Below the pieces are notes generated by a model, which searched no databases, had not been told where the DNA came from, and saw only the letters and a program-made list of their open reading frames with translations. 64,000 nucleotides of DNA, taken from NCBI RefSeq assembly GCF_018977255.1, contig NW_024704742.1, positions 133,426,001-133,490,000 of the forward strand. The letters run 5' to 3'. The DNA is from Callorhinchus milii. Lineage: Eukaryota. The first letter of the stretch is position 1. The number at the start of each line of letters is the position of its first letter. The translations under genes were made by a program, and so were the position numbers. This document shows positions 50,753 to 64,000 of the stretch, piece after piece.

Positions 50753-51082
50753 GTGGAGTCCTGTAGCTCAGTGGTTAGAAGACTCGCTTTGCAAGCGAGA
50801 GACCTGAGTTCAATCCCAGGCAGAGGGCGAAACCTTGGGCAAGTTTCCTTACTCCATACGCCTAATAATAATAATAATCCCTCCAAAACCAAAAACAATA
50901 ATAAATTGGTAATTTTCAATCTACGACTGTTTGTGGGACATTGCTGTGCGCAATTGGCTGTCGCGTTCGCCCGCAAATATACAGTCAATTCACTTTACAG
51001 TGTGTTCTGTGAAGCTTTTTGGGACGTTCTCCCGACGTGAAAAGCGCTATATCAAATGCAAGGATTATTATTATTATTATTA
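50753..51082 (+). mobile_element. Young tRNA-Ala-derived SINE, short form
   Basis: Near-identical to the 15353 and 35473 copies. Confidence 0.9.
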
Positions 51083-54000
51083 ACTCTGGTAATAATTTTA
51101 AAAAGTTGGTTTGAAAGTCTTTTCTTACTCTCCCCACCCACCAAGTATCATTAACACTGTCTAAGACGCTATATCAAATGCAAGGTTGATTACTATTATT
51201 ATACATTATCTGCCCCTACTCTCCGGAACTCAATCTTGGAATCCTTTCACCTTGCAGCTTCCTTCACCTCCTTCAAGGTCTGTCTCAAGACTTTGACCTT
51301 TGTACGCACATTTTTCCCCCCTAAATCCCACCCCCTTCGCCCCCACCTCTCCCGAATCCAACCCCTTGTAGGGTGCATACCTTTGACTGTCTAGCCCTTT
51401 GGAATGTCCTCCCAACCTGAAAGACACCAAATAAATGCAGTTTTATTTGTGTTTGTAAAAAAATGAAAGAGTTTTGTTAGACTTCACACTAACACGCAAA
51501 CTGGGAGACAGTTGGGGGCAGTCTAAGAGCATCTACAGAATAAGATACAAGTGAGAGAGAGGGAGAGAATTTACAGCAGCTGTGTGAAGCATTATTTTGA
51601 TGATGTGTTAAAGCGCTACATGAAATGGTCATTATTATTTGCATGAATGAGACCATGGAAAGGATTCCTATTGTATAACGCATTTGCTGAACGTTAGCTC
51701 AGATGCTCTGAAAAAATATTTTACACGCTCTAGCCCCAAGCAGTCAGTTTTGTCTAATTCTTGTTTATGAAAATGGTAGATTGTGCTGCTAGGTGGGAAG
51801 CGAGTATTGGTGCAATAAAGCTTGCAATTGGTTTTTTGTCACTGTCTGTAAAGGTTTTAAAAATTTCATTGTGGGGCTGAGAGTGATACGGATGATGTAG
51901 CAGGAAGCAACATATGGAAGTCAATGCTGTACACACATTTCTGGGTTCGACTGGTAAACCTTGATTCCAGCCTTGCCTCTTGCATTATTACTAAGTGTGG
52001 TTGCCTTGTGCTCCCTAACTACCTTGTTAGGAGACCCTTTGCATTCCAGGCTCACTGGGGTTCAGTATTTGATGCAGGTCAAGGAATTATTATGTTATTG
52101 AACAGTGGCAAAAAAAAGTTATCGTACACTTCTTTTTAGTCTTTAACCACCACCACCAATAATTTGCATTTATATACTTCCCTTCATTTAAGTAGCATTT
52201 CAGATTGCTTAACAGTGGCGTGGCTTGACATCAAGCCGGAAAGGAAGAGTTGGTGATCAAAGCACGGACAAAGAGGAAGGTCTTTAGGTGTGATCTGAAG
52301 ATGGGCAGAGAGGGGATTGAGGCAAAGACTTCCAGAGATTTGGGACCTAGTGGCTGAAAGCAGCCAAATGTGGAGTGGAGGGGACAAGCGATGTGCAGAA
52401 GCAACTGATTGAAGTCGGTGGGTAGAGGAGTGTGGTACAAGCAGAAGAACGGTGGAGAGAGCTCAGCAGCCCATGTCCTCTCCCGCACCAGGCTCCACGA
52501 CCCAATCCTCTCCCTGCTCCACTGGCTCTCCATCACTCAGAGAATACAGTTCAAGATCCTGGTCCTTACCTCCACAGCTCTCCACAGCCTTGCACATCCC
52601 TAACTCTGTGACCTCCTAACTCCTTCCAAACCCTAGCCTCTGTTCAGTGGGCTCCGGCCTCCTTCACATCCCCTGCCTTGCTCACCCTACCATTGGCAGA
52701 CGGGCCTTCAGTCTCTCTGCTCCCATCCTCTAAAACTCCATTCCATAGTCCCTCTACCTCGCCCCCTCCCTTGCCTCCTTCAAAACCTGTTGAAAGACCC
52801 TCCTCTTCGACCGCGCCTTTGCTCACTCTCCTTCCTCTACCCTCCCCACCCTCCACCTCTCCTGATCCCAACCACCAGCTCGGGTGAGGTTCCCTGACTG
52901 TCCAGCACCTTGGGATATCCTCCTGACGTGAAAGATGCCATACAAATGTAATTTTTTATTGAAATCATTTAGCTCCTGTGAATTTCTACCCCATGGAGTC
53001 TTCCTGACATCAACTGGATTTTTATTCCTCACCTAATCTGAATTCACCTCCAAATTGAAATGAATGGGCTGCTCGCATTATTGTTGCTTAATTGGATGTT
53101 GCTGGGACCGATTAGCTGCCACGTTTAGTTTAATTTCTAATCAATTGAATTTCGAAAAGCATTTGCAAAACGTTTATTATTTGATATGAAAAGCACTACA
53201 TCCATACAAGATATTCTTATCATATTTTAAGATGTGGTTGTCTATTTTATTATTGTTGTGCCTATTCCTGGAGGGAAAAATAAATTCTAATGGAGTTACT
53301 TTACCTTTTGATACCCAGAGTAATATCTTTGGCTTCTCTCAATGCTTCATGCAATAATTAAGGTCAAATTCATAACATTTGTGACCTTTTTAAAATTGCT
53401 TTTGGACCCTTGCTGTTTCTGCTCCACTTAATGAAAGCATACAATGTTTCCTGCTATAAACTCAAATTAGTACATTTACTGGCCAGATGGGGTTTAAGAC
53501 CCACTGCTTAAATTTAAGTGTTGCTAATTTTATAAAAATCCTTGCATTTGATATAATGCCTTATCAAGTCTTTGAGACGTCTGAAAGTGCTTCACAGAAT
53601 ATACTTAAAGTGAATTGACTGTATATTTTGTAGGTGAAAGCGAAAGCAATTTTGAAGGCAATTGAAAGCAGGCAAATCCCCACCCCCCCCCAGCCTGTAA
53701 TTTTCCCCAAAAAAGAAGGGGCTTCATGCGATCAGGTTTGAAACCTGACTGGGAGGAATTCTGCAAAATTCCTTAATGGAATTGACAATCACAAAGTTTG
53801 GAAGCCCATGATACAAACTCACGAAGTGCTTTGCCAATTATATATTGGCCAGAGTTGGGTTCCAGGAAATGGGGAAAGGGAAAAGTCCCTCAGTAGATGG
53901 GCAGCTTTTGTTGGAAGGTAGGGTTCAAATTAGTCCAGCAGTTTCAAATGCAGTCAGCAAATACTGTATCTAAGACGGTGTGAGGACTTGAAAGAGAATT

Positions 54001-54772
54001 TTGAGCACAAAGCATGCTGTTCACACAAATTAGACAGAGATTTTGATCAAGATTGGAGCCCTCATTTTCTATGTTATCAGCACCTTTCAGACCTCTGCTG
54101 GAGCAACTATAGGTATCAGTCAGTAGTATGTCACAAATAGGTAATTTGGGACATATGTGCATGCGAATCCCAGGAAGGTGGAAGGCGAACTAGATGGATC
54201 TTGGTCTTTTTTCGTCCAGCATTTCTTGTGTTCTTATGTTAAGCTATGTCTCTGGTCTTCACTGCTGGGCCAGTTATTGATGCTTGTAGTGCCAGTTTGG
54301 TTCAGTTGATATCACTCTTGCCTCTCAATCAGAAAGCTGTATGTTCAAGCCCCATGTTGAGCTCACTATTTAAATTGCAGGAGCGTTGCTACATTCTCGG
54401 AAGTGCTATTTCTTGAATAAAATGTTAAACTGAGGTCCCGTCTGTTTGTTCAGGTGGACTTTAAAGATCACATGACACTATTTGTAAAGAGAAAACTGCT
54501 TGTCCTGGTGTCTCAGCGAACAATCCTCCATACAAGCTCTATATTTAGGGACTTTAACTTAAGACTTACTTTAGACTGACCATCCAATACAGTGCTGGGG
54601 GATTTTGCAATGTCAGAGGTGGCATCCTTCGAATGAAATGTTAAACCAAGGCCCTGTCTGCCTGTTCAAGTAGATGTTAAAGATCCCATGGAACTACTTG
54701 AAAATAGAAGGGTGCTTTGCTGGGTGTTCTAGCCAACAATCTCCCAAATAATAAGTTGGAAGAATGGATTCA

Positions 54773-54900
54773 GAGTCAACGTTTCGGGTCCATGACCCTG
54801 ACGAAGAGTCATGGACCCGAAATGTTGACTCACTTTCCTTTCTCCATAGATGCTGCCTGACCTGCTGAGTTTTCCCAGCTCTCTCTGTTTTGTTTGTAGT
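54773..54900 (+). mobile_element. Penelope terminal fragment with a fold-back duplication and hammerhead-like core
   Basis: 24-bp inverted arms at 54773-54796 and 54808-54831, followed by gatgctgcctgacctgctgag as at 35350. Confidence 0.75.
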
Positions 54901-55693
54901 CTCAGATGAAGGTGTGCTGCATTGTCGGAGATGCCGCCCTTCAGATGAGACATTAAGCTGCTCACTGTTTTGATGTGAACGTTAAAGATCCCGTGGCACT
55001 AATTGAAAAGAGAAGGATTTCACCTGGTATTCTGGACAACAATCCACTAAATAAAATTGATCATTCACTCCATGACTGCTTGTGAGACATTTCTGTGCAT
55101 AAATGGGCTGATGCAACTGTCTACAAATACACAGAAACTACTGTGAAACATTTTAGTGCTGTACCAAACGTACCAAACATGAGAGCATTGCCATCATTTT
55201 CCTGCCACAAATAAGGGGCAGGGTTGTTACAGAGATATTAATGCCAAATAAGGAGAAAGTAGGGGCCGGACATGGTAAGATATGAGGAGAGGCAGGTGGA
55301 GAACACTTGAAGCTTGGAGTCTCAGATCCATTATTGATTAAAGATGAAAATCCCAGCCTTTAATCTGAACATAGCCAGGATTACATTACATCGCATGATC
55401 CCAAGATGGATATATATTCCTATTATTCTTTGTATCAATCCATCCTTGTATGCTAACTCTAAATAATTTAACCATTGATTCTGCCAATGTGTATTCTGTG
55501 AACTGCTTTGTACAAAGTGTCAGATGGGAGGGGAGGGGATGGCAAGAGAAATTCCAACTGGATCTAAATTGAATTAATTTCTCAGCATTTCAGAATATGG
55601 TAAGTCATTGAATTCAGTCTAACTTTGAAGCCAAGGTTAACCTGTTGAAAATAAAACCAAGAAAATCAACTCCAGAATAAAGATTTATGTTAC

Positions 55694-56045
55694 GGAGTCC
55701 CATAGCGTGGTGGTTAACACACTCGCCTTGCAAGTGAGAGATTCTCGGTTCAATTCCTGGGTCCTTACTCCCTACGCCTCTGTTTACCCAGCAGTAAGTA
55801 AGAACCTTTTGTTAGTTGATTGGCGGATCGCTTTCCGGGGGTAATAAACCCTCCAAAATTAATTAATTAATTAAAATTTGGTCACTCAATCCATGACTGT
55901 TTGTGGGTCATTGCTGTGTGCAACTGGCTGCCGCATTTTGTCAACAAAATACAGTCATTACACTTTACAGTATATTCTGTGAAGCACCTTGAGAATTCTT
56001 AACAAAGGGATAAGGCATTATATCAAATGCAAGGGTTATTATTTA
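55694..56045 (+). mobile_element. tRNA-derived SINE, long form
   Basis: Diverged head, internal segment, core and tail all present. Confidence 0.8.
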
Positions 56046-56717
56046 TTTGCGACTTTGTGAAATTCTACACTTTCTGATATATTAAGAAAATAATGAAAAT
56101 CAGATGCCATTTCAACTTCACGTACACATCTGCTGGCTACTAGGATGAGATTTGGAGTTTCTATGCAAATTGAGATGAGATGCAAGGCGAGCGTTGGCAA
56201 GAGTTGAATAGAACTTATAAAATATCTGTGAAGTCCGTTTGGACTCAGCTGAATTTTCATTCCTTTGGTACATTTCAATAGCGGAACCCAGTCAGATTTG
56301 GAAGCTCTTGATGAGAATGATGCAGTCTCTAGGATAGCCTAAGTACAAAGATGACATTTCATTTGAATTCAAGGTTTTCTGTTTGATGCTGAGACTTCTA
56401 AAAAAANCAGAAGAGAATAAAAGCAACGTGCTTTTTAATCACAAGATAGAGATGTCCAAACTCGGTTTAGTACAGACACAGCTTTGATCAACCAAAAGTA
56501 GCTTAACAGATAGAAAGGAATCAGAGACTGATATAAATAACACTTTTTGTTACTAGAAATGAATGCAAACTGCAATCATCAGGAGACAAAAGTATTAATG
56601 TTTTTGCCCACACAATACCCAGTCAATCCACTTTACAGTATAGATCGAATCTCACCAACAACAAATTTACTATTATCTGTACTCAGGAGGATGTTGGGAG
56701 GACATCACAAGGTGCTG

Positions 56718-57029
56718 GAATAATAATCCTTATATTTGATATTGTGCTTTTCACGTTTTCTAGACATCTCAAAGCGCTTCACAAAATATACTGTAAAGTG
56801 AATTGATTCTATATTTGTGGGCGAAACACGGCAGCCAATTGCGCACAGCAGTGTCCCACAAACAGTCATGGATTGAAGTGCGCAATTTATTATTGGGTTT
56901 CTTTTTTGAGGGATTATTATCAGGCTGTGTGGAGTAAAGAAACTTGCCCAAGGTTTCACCCTGCCAGGAATCAAACCCAGGTCTCTCGGTTGCGAGGTGA
57001 GTGTTCTAACCACTGAGTTACAGGACTCA
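56718..57029 (-). mobile_element. tRNA-Ala-derived SINE, short/intermediate form
   Basis: Reverse-complement head (aaccactgagttacaggactc), core and tail. Confidence 0.85.
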
Positions 57030-57379
57030 AAGATGTGATAAGGTGCTATATCAAATGCAAGGATTATTTTATTATATTATTGATTTTTTTTATATATGTG
57101 GTCATTTGGGTGTTTGATATACACAGAAATTCCTCGGCATGCTTAAGAAGTCTCCAAACTACTGAAAGTGCCACATACGCATGGGAAATTCACATTGGTC
57201 TGAAACGGAGTGCGTACGCTCTCATAGAGGGATGCACCCTGCTCATATGAACAGTTCCATACCTCACCTCTTCCCTGACCTCCTCCTCCACCACTCCGTC
57301 CACCATCCCCCTCCCTCTCTGGCTTTGGTCCAAACATAGTTATTAGTGCCACCCCCTCTCTCTCCCCTCTGTGCTGTCT

Positions 57380-58130
57380 CCGCTAGTCCCCGTCATGCCT
57401 GTGGGTTGATGATGCCCCGCTTATTGCTCTGCTCACAGTCTTGGCGTGCATGTTTGGTTGCTGCCCCTGACCCAAGCCATCCTGACCCAAAATGCTCCCG
57501 ATCCCACTCCCCACTCTTCATTACTACCATTCAGTCCTTGTCTCATATCGCCCTCCCTATCCTCTCTCCCTCCTGGACCCTCCCACAGCCACCCTCTGCT
57601 CCAGCCTGGGTTCCTCTGCCAGGCTCACCTTGGCACTCGGTAATGGTTGTCCCAGAGCAGCCACCCCGACTGCCCCATCACCCACCTACTCCGCAAGACC
57701 CGCCTCCATGAGGTAAACCCCCACCTCACCCTTCTCTCAGCCACATCCTTCTTAACTCTCCCCCTCATACTCCACAGTCATTCCCCTCCAATATCCACAA
57801 CCACTCCAAACGCTTCCCTGACACTGCCTCCAAAATGTCCGCTCCCTCTTAAATAAAGCTATTGCAATCCACAACCTCATCCTGGAAGAGCAAATCGACT
57901 TTCTCAGACTCACAGAGACCTGGCTCTTCCCCGGTGACCCTATCCCCCTCATCAAAGCCTCTCCAGCTGGTTACACTTCACATTACACTCCCTGCCCCAA
58001 CCAACGTGGTGGAGGAGTGGCCCTCATCTCCCAAACCTCCCTTGGTCTATCCCCCTATTCCTTTGACTGTTTCCCCTCTTTTGAGCATCTCACCCTCTAC
58101 CATTCCTCTTCTCTCCTTCAAAACCTAGCA
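57380..58130 (+). mobile_element. L2 LINE 5' portion with start of the APE endonuclease
   Basis: Translates to CLQNVRSLLNKAIAIHNLILEEQIDFLRLTETWL; similar to 43490-44160. Confidence 0.8.
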
Positions 58131-59157
58131 GCCAGTTGTGCACAGCAATGTCCCACGAACGTGGTGGATTGAGTTACCCAATCGTAATTTTTTTTGAAGG
58201 ATTATTACCCCCAGAGAGCAATCCGCCAATCTACCAACAACCAGAATCCTACTTACAACATCACTTAAATGAACATTTACCTATGGAGAGCAATAAAGGA
58301 AGTGATGAGTACAACTCGATGATCCTAAGAGGTGCAGCTAATAGTAAAAGATGGCTGAAAACATTTTAACAGGCTCCAAAACACTTAAAATGCTCAGATA
58401 TGATATAACCCAGGATTGTAGCCCATCTGATTCGCAGAACTATACAATCAATTGTCTTTTTCCACTAAACAAAGTGATGCCATGGAAACTTAATTTATTC
58501 TGTGCAACGCTCCACACACCAAGAAATTTTCCTCCTATGTATTGCTGCCGTGCACAATTAAACTCTGTCAATCACAATTCCCTGGAATAAAACTCATTGC
58601 ACCAGCTGCTACGGAGGAAGAATCCAAAATCGGGAGCATTCCCTTGAAGCAGCAAGAATGAAGCTCTGAAACAAGAAATTATTTAAATGTTGTCTGGATT
58701 TTGGTGGTCAGAGTTAAAGAAATGTGCCTTGAGATGATTTGAAAAGCGAAGCAAGTTTCTCCCAGTGTCTTGGCCTAAAAATCTCTCAGATAAATTGGTC
58801 ATTCACTTCACGGCTGTTTGTTTGACATTGCTGCGTACAAATTGTCATCCTCATTCGCCTACAAAATACTTTACAATATATTCCATGAAGTGCTTTGAAA
58901 TACCCTCCCCATGTGGCCAGGACACCAGGAGAAACTACCTTCCCTTTTTGCCACAGGATCTTTAATGTCCACCTGGTCCATTGACTAGGCAGAACAGACC
59001 ACAGTTTAACATCTCATCTGAAAGGTGTCACTTCCAACATTTCAGCGCTCCCCCAGCACTGCGATGGAGGGTCAGCCTAGATTGTATGAGATCCGAGTCC
59101 TGAAGTAACGCTTGTGCCCGCAACCTGCTGACTCAGAGGTGAGAGTGCTACCAACTG

Positions 59158-59475
59158 TAGCTCTAGATCTCAGTGGTTAGAGCACTCGCATCACAAGCGA
59201 GAGAGCTGGGTTTGATTCCCGGCAGGGTGAAACCTTGGGTAAGTTTGCTTACTCCACACGCCTGATAATAATCCCTCAAGAAAAAAAACAATAATAATTT
59301 GGTCACTTAATCCACGACTGTTTTTGGGACACTGCTGTGGGGAAAATTGGCTGCCGCATTTCGCTGAAAAATATACAGTCTATTCACTTTACAGTATATT
59401 CTGTGAAGCGCTTTGAGACGTCTAGAAGATATGAAAAGCGCTATATCAAATGCAAGGATTATTATTATTATTATT
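59158..59475 (+). mobile_element. tRNA-derived SINE nested in the head of a minus-strand SacSINE1-like element (~58915-59493)
   Basis: Host sequence gagagtgctaccaactg...actgagccatgctgaca is split by the insert, with a possible actg duplication. Confidence 0.8.
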
Positions 59476-60749
59476 GACTGAGCCATGCTGACAAATAAAT
59501 GTTAACAGTTATTTCTGCTCTTAGGACTCATGGAGCCACAATATGCCTCAGAGCCATAAATATAAATGAGCTGCATCACGAGTTATTAAATCATATCGCT
59601 ACAATTGTTCCAGTATTGATCCCACATGCTTAATTTTCATGTAATTGCGATGTATGTCATGGGTTTGGTACTCACATGCAATGTTGCCTTTGGAAGGGAA
59701 AATCACTTTCCGAAACCAATGCTAACTCACATTTTCCAAGTCTAACTATAATGGATTTGTCCTCAATGATTTATAGACTAATTGAGGCAATTATTAAGAA
59801 TTGTGTCTGGCTAAGCCAAACTTGTACTTCGGGGATTTTGGTTTATGCTTCTAAGGATCCAATGTAATGTGCTTTAAAGGACTGAAACTTATCAGTGGGC
59901 TAAATGGCATTTCCTCATTTTAATTGTTTTATGCTTGTTTAAAGAAAGAACTTTGGAAAAACTTGGAAGCACTTTCTTTTCGTAGAACCTTAACAAGTTG
60001 AAATATCTTAATGTACTTGGTTAGAGCACTCGCCTTGCATGCGAGAGAACATGAGTTCGATTCCCGGGCGGTGCGAAACCTTAGGCAAGTTCCTGTATCC
60101 ACATGCCTTGTTTACCTAGCAGTAAGTAGGAACAGTTAGTTAATTGGTGGACCAATAATAAATTGGTCATTCAATCTACGACTGTTTGTGAGACACTGCA
60201 ATGTGCAATTGGCTGCCCTGTTTCACCAATAAAACATACAGACAATTCATTTTATAGTATATTCTGTGAAGCACTTTGAGACATCTCAACAACGTGATAA
60301 GGCGCTAAATCAAATGCAAGGATTATTATTATTATTTCACACAAGTTGTTATGGTCAAGTGCAGCATTTGCTTTTGTCAGCAGACGTAGCAGCCATTTGC
60401 TCCAGCAATGTGTCACAAAGCTTCAGTGAGGCATAAGGATAAGTAAAGTCTCAGGATTATATGTGAATCACAAGATCACAAGAGAGTTTCAGAGAAAAAG
60501 ACGCTTTGGATCATTTGCTCATCCTTCCAAAATACATAATCTGTATTTACTGACTTGTGTGAAATAATAATGATAAACCCATTTTAAATCCTATATACCT
60601 TCATGTAGAGCCATGAGGTCAAGTAAAGTCTCAAGATTATACTTGAAGCCTGGCTCATTGGCAGGACCTGGAAGGGCAGACCAGTCATCCCACTCAGCTA
60701 CTGTTAACCCTGCAAGCTAAAGCTCTAATGGATGAGTGGTCCTTGACAA

Positions 60750-61060
60750 GCAGCGGGAAAGCTTTGCCAGCTATCAATGGCAAACTATGCCATTTTAGTT
60801 GGTTAAACTCCAACCATACCCCAAAGCTCTAGGGTCCCCAAACCTTGGCTATTGTGAACCGCCGCCTAATATTTTCCAGAATTTGGAAAGCAGGATGCAT
60901 CCCTCCAGGGAGAGTGCACATTCCATTCCAACAATCTATCTCTGGGTTTTCCATGTGTAGGTGGGATGCATGGAAATCTCTGCTTGGTTTGGATACTCTT
61001 AAGCACGGTGATGGGTTTCCGCATGTGTCATACACCCGCCTGACCAAACAAAAATGGTAG
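60750..61060 (-). repeat. Most complete copy of an unclassified interspersed repeat present about 10 or more times
   Basis: Shared motifs cttaagagtatccaaacca, ctggagggatgca, ggttggcaagagccaaggcttgggg and ctggagtttaacc recur across the window. Confidence 0.7.
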
Positions 61061-61419
61061 TGACCAATTAAGACAAGGTCAAATTATCAGGAGTTTACTG
61101 TAATAACATAATCTAACATTGAATGTACATACAACATTCTTAAACTGTGTATTATCTGCGTATTGTATAATATGCATAAAATATATCATAAGTCTAACAT
61201 AGAATATATGCTAAATGTTTTGGGATGTCCTCCTGATGTCAAAGGCATAATATAAATATATTATACAGCAGTGTTGTACAGCTATCTAACACCTTTTCAA
61301 AAGGCACATCTACCTCATGCTCTAATAATGTTGAATCCTTTTAATTTCCAGGGATTTGTCTCATCTTTTTTTGAAATCCTTTGTCATCCGCGCCGGTAAT
61401 TTGCTCCACATGCCTCTTA

Positions 61420-62035
61420 TCCTTTCTCCCCTCGTGCATGCATTCATAACATCCAGGCTTGACTATGCAAACCCCTGCTTGTCGGCCTCCCAAACTCCTC
61501 CCTGCATAGGCTGCATATCATCCAGAACTCTGCAGCCTGTGTCCTCTCCCGCACCAGGCTCTGTGATCCTATCACCCCCATCCTCGCCCAACTCCACTGG
61601 CTTCCCATCAAACCAGGATATAGTTCAAGATCCTGATCCTCACCTTCAAAGTTCTCTATGGCCTTACTCCCCCCTATCTCAGAGACTTCCAAACCCCCTA
61701 CCAACCTGCCCGCTCCATCCACTCAGCATGCTTCGGCTTGCTTTACGTCCCCTGCCTCGAGCGCCCCACCATTGGCGGATGGGCCTTCAGCCACTCTGTC
61801 CCGACCCTCTAGAACTCCATCCCGCAGTCCCTCCGCCTCACCCCCTCCCATGCCTCCTTTAAGACCAGTTTCAAGCCTCTCCACTTCGACCGTGCCTTCG
61901 ATTATCCTCCTTCCCACCCCTGCCCTCCACCCTTCCCAATCATAACCCACAGTTCAGGTCCAAAACACTGATTGTCCAGCGCTTTGGGACGTCCTCCTGA
62001 TGTGAAAGGCACTCTACAAATATAATTTTGTTGTT
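61420..62035 (+). mobile_element. L2 3' fragment (similar copies at 52460-52955 +, 7585-7900 -, 17700-17940 -)
   Basis: LVHAFITSRLDYAN motif and L2 tail. Confidence 0.85.
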
Positions 62036-64000
62036 TATCACTATTTATTATTATTAGGTCTGTCTAGAGTATTGGTGCACTATCATTTTCTTTGCTCACA
62101 TACCTGTAAATAAATACCATAAATGAAAGATAAAGTGCCTCGCGGAGCCACAGACACCAGTGACTTATCTTTTCTTCAGGGAGACTGTGTTGTGGGGGAA
62201 CAGCCAGAAAGAGTTATCTTGCTAAGCAGCTGTTTAGTTCCCAGAACAGCACGACCAAAGTGTGACCTGTCAAACGACAGTCATACCATTGGGTCAATCT
62301 GCAATCAGCTCACCACTGACTAGCAGAGACTGGCCTTTACATCACTTTACATCACGTAGTAGTCAGTTAGAATAAATAGCCTGTTTCAACTAGTTGGTCA
62401 AGTCTGTCACAATATAATCATATGTAGATCTAAAGGGAAGTTTAAAAGAAACTTCTTTACACAGAGGGTAGTGAGAAAGCATCAAGGCATTTCAAGTGAA
62501 AATTAACAATTGCATGACATTCAAGGGAATACAAAATAGAGTAATGCAATTTGCATTTATATAGCTCCTTTCATGTCTGTAAATATATCTCAAAGTGCTT
62601 TACACAGCTGGCCCGGCAAGGGAGCCGATGATTGGGAGGGCGAGTGTTAGAGGAAAGAGAGGGATATGGGCAGGGAATTCAGAAGGATGGAAGCTGACGT
62701 GGAGTATAAACACCAGCACGGACTAGTTGGGAACAATCTAATTGGGTGCTGTACATGAATGGAACAGGTTAATCAAATAAGAAATACTGCTGAAAGGAGG
62801 GGAGTTGGAGGCGGAAATTTTATGCGACAATTACAATCAGCCTGTCAAGTCTCTACTGCATTTATCTGACTCCCTTTTAACATAGTTTATGGATTCTGCT
62901 TTAACCTCAGTTTAAGGCCGAGAATTCAACTTTCCAACCACCCTCTGCATGAAGCTCTTTTTTCTTTATCCTCCCCTTTAATTCTTCCTCAGATTGTCTG
63001 TGAAGCTTGGCAGACAGTGCTCACGATGGCAAGCTACGCTGGTTTAAACTCCAGCAGTTATCCTACCCCACTTTGTGGTCCTCAAGCCTCGACTCCAGCC
63101 AAGCTATGCCTCATGCTTTCCTACAATCAGTACTTCTGAGGAGAGAGATAGAGAGACTGCCCACTCTATTCTAAACACAGGGAAATTTCCATGTGTAGCT
63201 GGTGAACCTATGTGGAACTCTCAGTCTGGTTTGGATCCTCTTAGTAATAATAATAATCCTTGCAATTGATATAGCACCTTATCATGTCTTTGAAGTTTGC
63301 TTTATCACATCTTTGACATCTCAAAAGTGCTTCACAGAATATACTGTAAAGTGAATTGACTGTATATTTTGTGGGCAACACTTTGCAATGTGTTTCCACA
63401 CGTGTCAGATAATCATTGACCAAAAGAGATTTATTTTTTAAACAACTCAACCAATGTTGCATCTACGACCATCAAGGTCAGTGCTTTTATATATATTTTT
63501 TTCTACATCCACAGAAAAGCTCTGTGTGAAGAATTGTTTTCCAGATTAAATATTAGTTTCAGCTTTGAAAGCCAGAGACAAAAAAGCTCTCTCACTCACT
63601 CAGACACTTTCACAATCCTTCCTGGTGCACTCAAGTGCATTGTAATTTATTAAACAAAAATGCAAAAGGGAAAAAAAAATGTGCGAGATACGGTGTCTTT
63701 GTTCCCTGGAAGTATTTATAAAATGAATGGACCGAATATTTGCACTATAAAATATACTATAAAATATATAAAATAAGCCCGCTCCTAATCACGTTTGATC
63801 CAATTATATCCCACCATGCCTGCGATCGAAGGAAAACTGTGCTTGTTTAGGTCACTGAAAGGATGAAATCCGGACTTGCTGAAGGTTTTCAAGTGCTCAG
63901 GTACTGCTGAAATGAAAGGAGAACAGGGGGAGAAGCCTTAACAAGCAAACAGTGATAAAGCCAAAGGAAGCGTGGAACTAATTTGAGGAACTAATCTTTC

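Noticed and set aside
63646..63651. Minus-strand AATAAA as the 3' end of a convergent gene
   Set aside because: A hexamer in AT-rich DNA with no supporting exon inside the window.

Overview
Eukaryotic, repeat-rich vertebrate DNA. The repeat families (tRNA-derived Deu-type SINEs, L2 and CR1 LINEs, Penelope-like elements) point to a cartilaginous fish, possibly a chimaera/elephant shark (inference). The only protein-coding gene I can support is a six-exon C1QTNF3 (CTRP3/cartonectin) orthologue on the + strand, CDS 9987-29958. It has all GT-AG introns, consistent phases, and 741 nt = 246 aa: signal peptide, Cys-rich N-terminus, 22 Gly-X-Y triplets and a C1q domain. Most of the rest is transposon-derived, and nearly all ORFs in the six-frame track are repeat remnants or spurious. 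The most notable non-genic signals are: three Penelope-like termini carrying minimal hammerhead-ribozyme-like cores, two of them in fold-back arrangements and one of those flanked by a ~206-bp direct duplication just downstream of C1QTNF3; a Penelope GIY-YIG remnant split into oppositely oriented halves; a perfect 26-bp-stem hairpin; a recurring unclassified repeat family; and nested insertions that order the SINE/LINE subfamilies by age.
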